A stretch of 64,000 nucleotides of DNA from Octopus sinensis (GCF_006345805.1 NC_042999.1:56234001-56298000), one strand, 5' to 3'; positions 11,455-24,004 are shown, counted from the first letter of the stretch. Translations and numbers: made by a program. The notes: a model not told the origin generated them from the sequence alone.

Positions 11455-11960
11455 ATATCTGTCAAGACCTACCAAAAACTGAGCAAATATAAAGATCTTG
11501 AAATAGAAATCAGCAAAATGTGGAACCTGAAAACTAAAACAATACCTGTTGTCATAGGTGCCCTGGGAAATACCTGTTGTCATAGGTGCCCTGGGAAATA
11601 CCTGTTGTCATAGGTGCCCTGGGAATGATAGCAAAAGGGGCTGATTGCTACCCAACTCAGATACCAGGAAACCCAAAAATGGCAGAAATTCAAAAGAGAG
11701 TGCTCATGGGAACTGCTCATATCCTATGCAAAATACTTTCTATGTAATCTCAGTGTTTAAAACAAACATAATTGTTGTTCTTTTTTTGTTTTTTTTTTGT
11801 ACAACACAAAAAAAAAAAACAAACAAAAAACAAATATATGGCACACTAGGCATAACAACAACATGAACTTCCAACCTGTTGTCTCTTGAGGTCTCTGGGT
11901 GAGACTTGGAGCCAACTTCTACAAATATAAAGCAAAAGTCAAACATAGAATAATAATAAT
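11455..11960 (+). mobile_element. 3' end of an RLE-type (R4/Dong-like) non-LTR retrotransposon
   Basis: KLSKYKDLEIEISKMWNLKTKTIPVVIGALG...IQKRVLMGTAHIL, 3' UTR ending in (TAA)n; internal 28-bp triplication 11541-11624. Confidence 0.7.
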
Positions 11961-11964
11961 ATAA

Positions 11965-12400
11965 TAATGAAATTATTGTATAGTGCTCAGTTGCACCACA
12001 ACTTGTCAAAAGTGTGTATAAAGTATATGCAGTAATGTACAAATATCTGGAAAGTGAACAGTGTATGAGTCAGATACATGCTTGCGTGTGTATGGAGGGG
12101 AGAAAATCAGGTGTAGTGTTGGCGAATCTCAGGAAGCATGGAAGTTTTGAAGGATGCAGTGCTCCGACAACTAACAACTGATGCTGGCAGTTTGTTGCAT
12201 GCTTCAGCAACTCTTAGCATGAAAAAATGTTTCCGAAACCCATGGGAGCTGTGCTGTTTTCTGACTTTGTAAACATGTCCATGGGTGTTAGATGGGTGGA
12301 GTTTGGAAAGGTGCTCAAAGTTATTGTTTGTAAGATGGTTAATAATTTTATGGGTGTCTGCCAAGTCAGCTGCCAGACGTCAGAGTTTCAATGTATTTAG
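11965..12400 (-). mobile_element. 3' end of a CR1-like LINE
   Basis: THGHVYKVRKQHS...RKHFFMLRVAEACNKLPASVV...FK matches the CR1 ORF2 C-terminal pattern; 3' UTR ends in an (ATT)-like tail. Confidence 0.75.
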
Positions 12401-12749
12401 TTTACAATGCAGTAAAAGTAAGGGAATCAGTGGGACCCTAATTAGCTGGTGCTTAAAAATATAGACCCCTTTAGGGTATTCCCTGGGATTAGGGAAGTTG
12501 CTGGTTTGAGTTTCGTTGTCCTTGCACCAACAGTCTAGGAGGAGTTAATGAACATAAAAACATTAACAGACAGAGAAGCATCAGTCCAAGTCACAACAGG
12601 ATTAGGAATTGTATAAAAAAAGTTGTTAAAATGTTTTGTGTATTGTAGAAGTATAAACGGTTTACTGGTCATAAATTATAACAACAAAATTTTATGTGGC
12701 CCCCACCCAAGGGTCATGTGGACTCTGGTTGAGAATCTTTGACCTAAAC

Positions 12750-13260
12750 CAGTGGTTCCCAAAGTGTGTGGTGTTGCCCCCATCCAGGAGTCAGCAGAAA
12801 ATTCCAAGGGGGCGTTGAAGAAAAGTGGGGCAATAATGGTGTATCGATTCATATAAAAAGTAGGGTGATAATGGGGTAGCGATTCATGTAAAAAGTGGGG
12901 TGATAATACGGTGGTGATTCATGTAAAATGTGGGGTGATAATGGAGTAGCGATTCATATAAAAAGTAGGGTGATAATGGGGTGGCGATTCATGTAAAAAG
13001 TGGGGTGATAATGGGGTAGCGATTCATATAAAAAGTGGAGCGATAATGGGGTGGTGATTCATGTAAGAAGTGGGTGATAATGGGGTGGCGATTATTGTAA
13101 AAAGTGGGTGATAATGGGGTTGCGATTCATGTGAAAACAACAAAATAATGGGTTCATTAGGTTAAGTTTTATTTGTGAAATACAGTTGGTTTGAATTTGC
13201 TTCAGAAAGAGGTCTATGTTTGTGATGGTTAGTTGGGTATGGGGGCGCTAGGAATGTGAC
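12750..13260. mobile_element. hAT-like non-autonomous element carrying a 35-bp G-rich minisatellite (about 12826-13135)
   Basis: Starts CAGTGGTTCCCAAA (same end as the 50915 element); unit ATTCATRTAAAAAGTGGGGTGATAATGGGGTRGCG at 12847, 12882 onward; other end interrupted by a SINE. Confidence 0.55.
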
Positions 13261-13261
13261 C

Positions 13262-13625
13262 TGGGTGTCAAGTGGTTAGGGCAGCGGACTCGCGATCAGA
13301 GGATCGCGGTTTCGATTCCCAGACCGGGCGTTGTGTGTGTTTATTGAGCTAAAACACCTAACGCTCAACGAGGCTCCGGCAGGGGGTGGTGGCGACCCCT
13401 GCTGTACTCTTTCACTCCAACTTTCTCTCACTCTTTCTTCCTGTTTCTTATCCCCAACTTCCTACGCAACCACTGAGCCTGGATGCACATTCATCCATCC
13501 GTCGATGCTCGGTGTCGGGAGTTGACCTGCTTTCTCTTCTGCAGGTCTTATGAATAGCAAAAGACTACGTTTCAGACTTCTCCCACGAAGACCGCTTCGC
13601 TCAACAAACAAACAAACCAACAAAC
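13262..13625 (+). mobile_element. SINE family F
   Basis: tRNA-like head (GTGGTTAGGGCAGCGGACTCGCG...TTCGATTCCC); homologous to the inverted copy 34945-35324; (CAAA)n tail. Confidence 0.85.
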
Positions 13626-13833
13626 AAGCACTACCTTGAAGAATTTTGAACCGAATGAATGGATTCCAGCACTTTTGTTTTAAAGCCTGGTACTTCTATC
13701 GATCTCTTTTGTTTATGTGTTAATTCATCACAAAATTAGTTCAGAGATGCAAATAGAAAGATGGTGGAAAATGGGAGTTTTGGGGCTGAAGATTAATGAA
13801 AATTGGTTGATGGTTTTTTTTTTTTCATTGCAG

Positions 13834-13917
13834 CATTCAGACATGATGGACGAGATGAAGACTGAAACGATGGAGCTTTGTGTTACGGCCTGTGAGAAGT
13901 TCTCCAATAACAATGAA
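13834..13917 (+). CDS. DNAL4: DNAL4 coding exon 2 (HSDMMDEMKTETMELCVTACEKFSNNNE)
   Basis: Poly-T tract plus CAG acceptor at 13831-13833; 84 nt; near identical to the human HSDMPEEMRVETMELCVTACEKFSNNNE segment; GT donor at 13918. Confidence 0.96.
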
Positions 13918-15289
13918 GTATGGCTTCCCCCCACTTCTTCCTCCCTTTCACTCTTTCTCATCATCATCATCTCTCTCTCTCTCTCTTTGTCATATTCCCA
14001 TCATCATCATTATCACCATCAATTAATGTCTGTTTTATTTCTATGCTAGCATGTGTTGGACAGCTTGACTGGAAACCAATGAGTTATGGGGCCACGTTGT
14101 GCTCCGGTGTCATCTTTGGCAGGGTTTCCTATGGCTGGATGCCTTTCCAAAATGCCAAGCACTTTAGAAAGTGGAGTGGATGTTCTTTCCATGCCACCAG
14201 CACCAGTAAGTTTGTAATGTGATCTTTCAGGACAGAAATGACCGACCAGGGAAAAGCTGCCACCACTAAGAGGGCAGTATCTGGAAGGGGAAGGTGCAGC
14301 TGGGTGGTAGGTGTTTTTTTCTCTTTGCATCATCCAAACTAAAGTATGTTGACATTTCTTGTTTTTACAAATGATACGTCGATGTTCCCTATTTTAGCCT
14401 CACTGCAACAAATTATATATATATATATAATCATCATCATCATCATCATCGTTTAACACTCGTTTTCCATGCAGGCATGAGTTGGACGGTTTGACTGGGG
14501 TCTGGCAAGCCAGGAGGCCTCACCAGACTACAATCTGATCTGGCAATGTTTCTACAGCTGGATGTCCTTCCTAATAATGCCAACCACTCCGAGAGTGTAG
14601 TGGGTGCTTTTTATGTGCCATTGGAACAGGAGCCAGTCTGGGGGTACTGGCATCAGTCACAATCAGTTGGTGCTTTTGCATGCCCATTGGCATGGGAGCT
14701 AGCCAGGGGCACTGGCCCGAGCTACAATATTGGTTTTACTTGACAAATATTTATATATATATATATATGTATGTATATACATGGTGGACTCTCCTGTCGA
14801 AGATGACATATGAGCATTCATCTTTTGCCGAACGATCTGCACAAATGATTTGTTTCAAGTGATCAAGTGTATGTGCTGTACATTAGCTCGCTTCTTCCAC
14901 AAAGTCGATGTTGTCTGACCAGGTGCACAGTGTGCCACGTGTCAGGTGTCAAAGTGATCACATAGCAACATGAGATGAAGTGTTTTGCTCAAGAACACAA
15001 CACACCACCTGGTCTAGGAATTGAACACACACACACATATTGAATATATATATTCTTTTCTACTCTAGGCACAAGGCCTGAAATTTTTGGGAAGGGAGCC
15101 AATCGATTTAGTTCGATCCTAGTACGCAACTGGTACTTAATTTATCGACCCCGAAAGGATGAAAGGCAAAGTTGACCTCAGAACATGAAGACAGACGAAA
15201 TACCACTAAACATTTTGCCCCGCGTACTAACATTTCTGCCAGCTCGCCATCTTAAATGATTTAAAATTTTTGCCACAAGGACAGCTTGT

Positions 15290-15590
15290 GTGTCTCCTTG
15301 TCGATTGCATTGACCCTGGTGCGTAACTGGTACTTATTTAATCGACCCCAAAAGGATAAAAGGCAAAGTCAACCTAGGCGGAACTTGAACTCAGAACGTA
15401 AAGACAGACGAAATACCTATTTCTTTACTACCCACAAGGGGCTAAACACAGAGAGGACAAACAAGGACAGACGAACGGATTAAGTTGATTATATTTGAAT
15501 TTGAACTCAGAACGTAGCGGCAGATGAAATACCGCTAAGCATTTCACGCGACATGCTAACAATTCTGCCAGCTCGCTGCCTTATTGAATA
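15290..15590 (-). mobile_element. SINE family B tandem/partial dimer; another partial copy about 15060-15250
   Basis: Repeated GAACTCAGAACGTA...GACGAAATAC segments. Confidence 0.75.
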
Positions 15591-15857
15591 TATATATTGA
15601 TAGGTGAATGATTAATTTACTGCAGTCATATAATTAAAGATAAAAAAAAAAGAAAAAAGATTAAAAATACTTATATTCTTTGTGTGGGTTATCAGATAAT
15701 GCTGTCATGATTGGTTTAATGCTGTCACTTTTCCTGATCTGGTGAAAGATAAATAAGAGAAATTTACTACAGAAACCCTTGAAATTTCGAATATATCCCG
15801 ATTACAGTTTAGAATGAGTTTAGTGAGGGAGGTTTTTTTTCTTTTTCTTTTTAACTA

Positions 15858-17102
15858 CAAGGGGCGTTCAATAAGTAATGCCCCTGACCCACTTCCCATA
15901 GCAGTAGAGCAACGAAACTTGGCACAGTTATTAGTCTTTTTCTACATAGGAACCACCCAGAGTTACGCATTATTCCCATCGTTTGATGTAGTTCTGGAGA
16001 CCGTTTTTGTAGAAGACCCCAGCTTGGTTCTCCAACCACGACATGACTTCAGAAATCAAGGCTGCATCATCTGGGAAACGCTTTCCTTTCAAAATCAACT
16101 TCATGGCTGGGAAGAGGTGAAAATCAGAGGGTGCAAGGTCAGGAGAGTAGGGGGGATGGGGGAGGAGTTCATAGCCGCACGCCTGTGCTTCTGATCTGGC
16201 GACACGCGAGTTGTGGACGGGAGCGTTGTCCTGCAGGAGGAGGATGCCTTTGCTGATCTTGCTCCGCCTCTTGATTTTGATAGCTTCTCTTAATTTCCTC
16301 AAAAGTGAAGCATAATAAGCTTCTGTAATTGTGGCACCCTTGAGCATGACCTTGCCAGCGGAGGGCTGCACCCTTGCCTTCTTTGGAGGAGGTGAGTCAT
16401 GGTGCTTCCACTGCATTGACTGGGCTTTGGTCTCTGGATCATAGAGATGGACCCAGGTTTCATCCTGTGTAATTAGTCTTTTTAAAAATCTTGACTCATC
16501 TTCTTGGCACATCTCCAAATTCATCCTTGAGCACTCGACACGTTCTTGCTTCTGGAAAGGTGTGAGCAACCTGGGAATCCATCTGGCAGACACCTCTTGC
16601 ATATGCAAATGGTCATGAATGATAGTTTCCACAGACCCGGTACTAATCTTGACCTCATGGGCTATTTGGCGAATAGTTGTGCGTCGATCTTCCAAAATGG
16701 CAGCCTCAACTCGACAGACAGATGCCTCATCAATTGCAGAAGGGGGACAACCAGATCTGGGAGCTGTTTCAACAGAGTTCTGACCATGTTTGAATTCACG
16801 ATGCCAGCGTTTTACAAGGTCATATGATGGGGCATCATTACCATAAGTTACTTTCATTTCATCAAAAGTCTCCCGTGGTGTGTGTCCTTTCAAATACAAA
16901 AACCGGATCACTGCTCGACACTCAACAGGCTCCATTTCACACTTGACTCAGTTCAAACACCTGTAAATCAGAAACCACAATTATTTCAGAGCTGTAATTA
17001 GCCACTTAATCTATAGAGATATAAATAATTGCACATGCAAAATTTCAGCTAGATCAAACAACTTCAAGTGGGTCAGGGGCATTACTTATTGAACGTCCCT
17101 CG
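15858..17102 (-). mobile_element. Mariner (DD34D) transposon, full length, in DNAL4 intron 2
   Basis: 37-bp TIRs (2 mismatches) 15858-15894 and 17066-17102, TA duplications at 15856 and 17103. Confidence 0.96.
15970..16935 (-). CDS. Mariner transposase, probably defective (internal in-frame deletion, premature stop)
   Basis: 321 aa with WIPRLL, ITQDETW, LLQDNAPVH, HPPYSPDLAPSDF (34 residues between the last two catalytic D); lacks the TVFWD segment; ends RWE* while CVTLGGSYVEKD continues in frame. Confidence 0.9.
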   Translation of the reverse strand: MEPVECRAVIRFLYLKGHTPRETFDEMKVTYGNDAPSYDLVKRWHREFKHGQNSVETAPRSGCPPSAIDEASVCRVEAAILEDRRTTIRQIAHEVKISTGSVETIIHDHLHMQEVSARWIPRLLTPFQKQERVECSRMNLEMCQEDESRFLKRLITQDETWVHLYDPETKAQSMQWKHHDSPPPKKARVQPSAGKVMLKGATITEAYYASLLRKLREAIKIKRRSKISKGILLLQDNAPVHNSRVARSEAQACGYELLPHPPYSPDLAPSDFHLFPAMKLILKGKRFPDDAALISEVMSWLENQAGVFYKNGLQNYIKRWE

Positions 17103-18784
17103 TATTTGTTTTGCGTTGGTCATCAACAACCAAAATTCGGCCCCTGAAAATCTTCGACAATTTTAATCATTTCTTTTATATTCTCATATTTCAGGATTTT
17201 TTAGAACAAGAAATTATGCTTAAAATCTTATCAAATTCTCACCTCGAAATTTTCTCATGCAAAAGACTTTAATTTTTACTTATGGTAAGAGTTACCTCCC
17301 ATGTTCCATTTTGCATAAAAGAACAACGGAAAAAGAAATTTTGGGGATTAAGATAAAATATGATAAATAATATAGAGCAGAACATATGATTGAATTTATT
17401 TTTGTATAAGAACATAAGCTTGGTGTTGCTCTAAGCTATTTTTATTCAAAATTTATAGAGAGAAATTGAATTTTAAACAAAATGAAGAATTCTAAGTTAC
17501 ATTCCAGAACGTGTCATTTAAATTCTCTGCAGTTATGGAACACACATACACTCAAGGTAGAGTGTGTGTGTGTGTACGTGAATGTATGTGTGTTTAAGTT
17601 TGTGTGTCTCCTTTTCGTGACATCATGCAATAGTTATAAACGAGCATATCTGTCATACAAGCGGTGCCCGTTATTTCTAGTCTTCCGTGGAAAACATGCC
17701 CAGCCATGAAAAGTGAGAGTATGTTATCTTGCGTAGAAGCAGATGGCGGTTGAAACGATAGGAAGGAAGGACAATCCGCAGCAGAAAAACCTGCCTCAAC
17801 GAATTCCTGCATGATCCATGCAAGAATGGTAAAGTGGACGTTAAACTGATGTATAAAATACATTTATGCTATCAACTCCATTTGTAGTGTGTGTATTTAC
17901 TCTTAACGAACAAAAACTGTCTACTAAGGATCCACCTAAGCATTCAAGAAAATCTCTCTCTCCCTCTCCACACACATACACACAACTGGCATCTGTATAA
18001 GCTGGAATATTCAGAAAAAGAAACTAACTCACGCATTTCAAATCCAATCTGTAAATGGAACAGTAAAACTCTGGAAGACTTTCCTCGAGTTTAACATGTG
18101 ACATTGCTCTTTTCGTATACATTCCAACGATGAAGCTTTGTATCTTTGGTAGAAAAAAAAAGAAAAGAAACAACAGTTCCTTACTCGGAGGAGGAAGAAT
18201 TTAAATAATTTAAAAGAGAACAGAACATACATACGGATAAGTGTGTGTCTCCTTGTCTTGACAATTACTAGATAAATGTAAATGGTTGTCACCATCTTAC
18301 AAGCAATGTCATTCATTTCTGATATTCTCTTAAAACATGTCTGGCCGTGTGGTGGAGGGGGGGGGAAATTTTACCTTGATAAGAAACAAACAAAGGGTTG
18401 GCAACAGGAAGGACATCCAGCTGTAGAAAATCTGCCACAATAAACTCTGTCTGATTTATGCAAGCCTGCAAAATTGGATGTTAAAACAATGATGATGATG
18501 ATATATACTCTAAAGATAAGATTGTGTATATATTATGAACATGTATACCCACTGGATGGAATGCTTAGTGGTATTTCGCCTGTCGCTATATTCTGAGTTC
18601 GTCTTTGACTTTCATACTTTCGGGCTCGATAAATTAACTACCAGTTGTGTACTGAGGTCGATTTAATCGACTGGCACCCTCCCCCAAAATTTTGGGCCTT
18701 GTGCCTTAAAGTAGAAAAGAATACTTACAGTTGTCTCCCCTTCACTGAGTCCCTCTTTTCTCTCTTTTTTTTTTTTTTTTGCAG

Positions 18785-18949
18785 ACTGCTGCTAAAATGA
18801 TTAAAGAAACGATGGACAAGAAATTTGGTGCTTCTTGGCATGCTGTGGTTGGTGAGGGTTATGGCTTTGAGATAACACATGAAGTAAAGAATTTATTGTA
18901 CATGTTCTTTGGAGGAAATATTGCTATTGTCGTTTGGAAATGTTCATGA
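18785..18949 (+). CDS. DNAL4: DNAL4 coding exon 3 (TAAKMIKETMDKKFGASWHAVVGEGYGFEITHEVKNLLYMFFGGNIAIVVWKCS*)
   Basis: Long polypyrimidine tract plus CAG at 18782-18784; 165 nt ending in TGA; dynein light chain signature WHxVVGEGxG and the DNAL4-type C-terminal WKCS. Confidence 0.96.
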   Translation, partial: TAAKMIKETMDKKFGASWHAVVGEGYGFEITHEVKNLLYMFFGGNIAIVVWKCS

Positions 18950-19369
18950 ATAACAACGAATATTTTTATTTTTAATTTTTTCACTTTTTCAAATTTTTAT
19001 TTATTTATTATTATAATTATAATTTTCCTTTTATTTTTTCAAGATTTCTATATTTTTTTAAAGAATAATTTAATATTTCAGCTTTGGTAAATACGGCAAA
19101 AAATTGGGACCAAATTTTTTTTTTTTTTGGCTTTATATTAAAACGAATTTTTTTTTCTCCCTCTCTTTTTATAACAAAAATTTTATATTTTGAAATATTT
19201 TAGAATCCTGCCCAGAAAAACATGAAAAACAATCTATCATCTGTGGAGCATGTTAACAAAATTAGATTAAATTGTTATGGCACATTGTGCCACCATTTAC
19301 TGTAATACCGTGTGTGTGTGTGTGCGTATGTATATATATATATATATATATATAGGGTTATAAAAATTC

Positions 19370-19375
19370 AATAAA
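19370..19375 (+). promoter_or_regulatory. Candidate polyadenylation signal of DNAL4
   Basis: AATAAA about 420 nt after the stop codon in an AT-rich 3' region; no transcript evidence. Confidence 0.3.
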
Positions 19376-19617
19376 GTCACTGCTGATTTATATAACATTT
19401 GTAATTGAGGGAATCTTGAACTACTAGAAATTGCAGCCAAATATTCTTCATGTCACACTGTCATCAAATAAAATATGATGGCCAAGGTTGGATTGCCTTT
19501 CATCTTAGGTTAGCTCAGTCATAGGTGACTGTGGTGAAACATTAGCAGCAACAACAAAAACTACTACTACTACTACTACTAACACTTCATGATGTGTCTG
19601 AGTAACATGTTCCCTAT

Positions 19618-19950
19618 GTTCTATATTTAAGAGATGAGGAATTATTTACATTTGACAGATATTTGTCCTCATCTTGTTCGTTGTTAATACAACGTTTCAG
19701 CTGATGTATCCTCCAGCCTTCATCAGGTGTCTTGGGGAAATTTCGAACCTGGGTTCTCATTCCTAAGGTAAATGTAGAGAATAGTAATAATAATAATAAT
19801 AATAATAACAACAACATTGTAAAATACTTTAGGAATGAGAACCCAGGTTCGAAATTTCCCCAAGACACCTGATGAAGGCTGGAGGGTATATCAACTGAAA
19901 TATTAACAACAAACAAGGTAAGGATAAATATCTGTCAAATGTAAATAATT
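19618..19950. mobile_element. Inverted pair of 5'-truncated family D tails (minus 19618-19770, plus about 19790-19950)
   Basis: Both arms match the 4410-4580 tail and are separated by (AAT)n. Confidence 0.88.
19686..19731 (-). ncRNA. Minimal hammerhead motif (family D)
   Basis: GACAC CUGAUGA A GGCUG gaggauacau CAGCU GAAAC GUU GUAUU; one stem I mismatch. Confidence 0.62.
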
Positions 19951-20732
19951 TGAATAATATTCCCTATGTGTCTATTTTTCTGCTTGTCTGTCTGTTTGTC
20001 TTTGTGTGTACGTAAATAGGGTTAAAATCATGTTCCAGTATATTCCAGATTTGTGTGAGGTACGTGTAAGAGTTGAAAAACACTGGAAAATATTTTCTTT
20101 AATATCAAAACAGGAGACTGGAAAATGTTTTGGCATTATTTTATAAAGGTGAAAAAAAAAAAATTCCAATCACCTGTTTTGATATCCATCCATCTGTCTG
20201 CCCCTCCATTTGTACACACACACACACACACACACGTATACTAACAAATATATGTATTTGTGTATCTACAAATGTATATATGTATGTATAATCACCATCA
20301 TCATCATCATCATCATCGTTTAACGTCTGTTTTCCATGCTGGCATGGGTTGGACGGTTTGACTGGGGACTGGCAAGCGAGGAGGCTGCACCAGGCCCCAA
20401 TCTATAGTGTTTCTATAGCTGGATGCCCTTCCTAACGCCAACCACTCAGAGTGTAGTGGGTGCTTTTTACGTGCCACCGACATAGGAGTCAGTCAGGCGG
20501 CACTGGCATCGACCATATTCAGACAGTGCTTTTTACATGCTACCGGCACAGAAGGTCATGAAATTTTTTTTCACCTGATGATTTATAGAACCTGGTTAAA
20601 TAGTATTTTTAGTATCAAGTGTGCACATCAACGTGCCATTGTTTTTCTTAAAACTGCTGTAAAATAATAACCTCAATTTAACACATATATACATATGTGT
20701 GTGTATATCTGTGTGTACGTATGTGTGTGTGT

Positions 20733-20812
<80 letters not shown>

Positions 20813-23445
20813 TCATTCAAAGCTGCTGGTTCTCACTCTTGGAATATGGCAAATCATTTGTTATTGCAATAGATGCATATTTTTCCTTATGGTAGGAAAT
20901 TTAATTGCTCATGGATCAAAAAACACTGGTGAGGGCGCCATGTAAAAAAAAAAAAATGCATCCTATCTACTCTGTAGAGTGGTTGGCATTAGGAAAGGCA
21001 CCCAGATGTAGAAACCATGCCAAAACAGCCACTGGAACCCAGTATGGTTTGCAGCCTTGCCAGCTCCTGTCAAACCATCCAACCCATAGCTGTCTGGAAA
21101 ATAGATACTAAATGAAGAGGATGAGATCACTAAACCTGGCTCTCCATCCCGTTTCATCACTATGATGCAGGTTTAAGCTTGTAAGGTCTTTTTTTTTCAT
21201 GTCAATCATGGCATGGTCTGTTGTGGAGGATTTCACATGCAGAATCGCAACTAATTTGCATATTATTTGCAACTTCATCAACATATAGGCGTAGAAGGGC
21301 AGTAAACTGGAAGAATCGTTAGCAGACAGGGCGAAATGTGTAGCGGTATTTCGTCTGCCATTACGATCTGAGTTCAAATTCCACTGAGGTCAACTTTGCC
21401 TTACATTCTTTCAGGGTTGATTAAATATGTACACACTGGGATCGATGTAATCGACTTAATCCCTTTGTGTATCCCTCTATATTTAAGCCCCTGTGGGCAA
21501 TAAAGAAATAAATATATAGGCGCAGACGTGGTTGTGTGGTAAGAAGCTTGCTGCTCAGCTACATGGTTCTGGGTTCAATCCCGTTGTGTGACACCTTGGA
21601 CAAGTGTCTTCTGCTATAATCTTGGACCAACCAAAGCATTGAGAATGGATTTGGTGAACAGAAACTGTAAGAAGGCTGTGGTGTGTGCGTGTGTGTGTGT
21701 TTTTCCCCCTCAAGCAAGTGTTTTAGTCCTTAACTTCTTCCCTTCTAAGGGGGCCAGGTCATGACTCCTGTGTGCCCCTCTGCTGACACCTTTTCAGCTC
21801 CTTGGATATCAGAGAGTTGTGCATTTAAACTTCTTGGAGATTTCATTTAATTGGAACCCCTCTCTGTCGACTCAGCTTTCAAAACGATACTTGAAAGAAG
21901 GAATAACGCTGGTTGTCGTCTTAGGTGGTGGTCACAGTTGCCGATATTTCATGTTGAAAACTGCACATTAGTGACGAGAGAGGGACACCATGTCTAAGAA
22001 TGCATGCATAATTAATTTTACCGCCGATAGGAAAAGGTATATTAATGTATTGCTGATAATTAATGACTGATTAACGAATAATTAAGAAATATTTCTTTCA
22101 GTCTAGTTGAGGAAGCTTCAATGTTATTGATCTATCACCACCACCTTCATCATCACCATCATCATCCTGATCATCATCATCATCATCATTATTTATTCAT
22201 CCAGCTTTATTGCTATTAACTTTCCCTCCTTCGATGTATATCTCTTTCTCTCCATACCAAAAACTTGTACTAAAATATATTGTCAAACTTTCAATAAAGA
22301 ATACGAAAAGAAAAAAACTTTCGAAGTTGTCTCCCATCAATTATGACATACAATTTTGTGGTGTTCAGAGTGCGGCAGAAAAACCTCCCTTACTTTATAT
22401 GGACATTGTTGTGGTGCTCAACAAGACAGATAGATGTGCCTTAATGTAGCCAATGTTTTACTGTTTGTTTTTAGTCAGTTACGATTATGGTTTAGACCGG
22501 TACACATTTTGTATTTGCTATGAAAACAGTGAATGTGTGGGTATTTTTTTCTGCACTCGGTGTCCTGTTTTTCTTAAGGTAGCGTTGTTTGTGTAATCAT
22601 CAGCGTGACGGACAAAAGTCCTCGTGTGACCGTGAGCGTGTCGGAGTCGAGGAAATAAAGTACCAGTTATGTCCTCGGGTCAATGGCATTGATTAAACCC
22701 CCTTCACTCAGAATTGCTAGACTTGGACCACAGTTGGAAACGATTATTATTATTATTTTTAAAAGAAATCATTAATATATGTCTAATTAAAGCTGTGCAT
22801 GGCAGAATCGGTAGAGCATCGGATAAAACGGCTTGTGATAACATTTTATCTTTCATCTTTTACTTGTTTTAGTCATTAGACTGCGGCCATGCTGGGGCAC
22901 CACCTTGAAGAAGGCTAATGAATCGAACTCAGTAATTTTTTTTAAAGCCTGGCACTTATTTTATCAGTCTGTTTTGTTGAACTGCAAAGTTACGGTGGCG
23001 TGAATACACTAACACGAGTTGTCAGACAAACGCAGAAACACACACGCACACACACACGACGGCTTCTTTCAGTTTCCGTCTACCAATACTTGGAAGTTCT
23101 TGTCTTACATAAAATAAACTGGCCGCCATTCTAGTTAAAAGACGGTGGCTTATCTGTCTGTCTGTCTGCCTGCCTTCTCTCTCTTTCTCTCTGTCTTTGT
23201 CTGTCTGTCTGTCTCTCTATCTATCTCTTACAATGAAAGAAAACTGTGAATGTCTGATATACGATAGGGATTCTTGTGGACGTCTCCGTTATACGTCAAA
23301 ACAAGAAGACTGCAATGCAATCAGTCTGGGTGAAGGGCAGAGTCTTTCTTTCAGCGTTTGTTGTTCAACACTTCGATTAAAACATTTTTTTTTAAATGAA
23401 TGTCCCTGCCAGGAACAAAGTTTGAACATACTACACACACACAGA

Positions 23446-23719
23446 GGCACTCCGTCGGTTACGACGGCAAAGGTTCCAATTGATCCGATCAACGGAACGG
23501 CCGTCTCATAGAATTAACGTGAACGTGGTTGAGTACTCCACTGGCACAGCGTGACAAGACTGGCCCATTTGAATAATAGGTACTACTCGTTTTTGTCAGC
23601 TGGGTGGACTGGAGCAACATGAAATAAAAGTCTTGCTCAAAGACACAACGCGCCGCCGGGAATCGAACTTACAACCCTACGATCATGAGCCGAATGCCCT
23701 AACCATTAAACCACGCGCC
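23446..23719 (-). mobile_element. SINE family E; other copies 47679-47990 (+), 49967-50283 (-), 53657-53903 (-), fragment about 60755-60850
   Basis: tRNA-like head GGCGCGTGG...GTTCGATTCCCGGCGGCGC followed by TTGTGTCCTTGAGCAAGACACTT. Confidence 0.85.
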
Positions 23720-24004
23720 TTCACATACTTATGGAACGAACACAAAAGTTTTAATTCAAACCCTGTTGCCAGTTTAATGTTTTGTTCATTTGTAACTTAC
23801 TTTCGCCCATTTTCGAAATCCTACGCCCCCCACCGTGATATTATCGACTCCACCACAGACGGACAAACGGGTCGACCAGAGCTTTATGAGTCGGTTTGGT
23901 GGACGGAAACTGAAAGAAGCCTGTCGTATATATATATTTATAGCTCGTCGTGTATATATTTATAGCCCGTCGTATACATATACATATATATACATACATA
24001 TCAT

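Noticed and set aside
9460-13135. CRISPR-like arrays (52-bp and 35-bp repeats, 28-bp triplication)
   Set aside because: Head-to-tail units without unique spacers, in eukaryotic intronic context, with no cas genes
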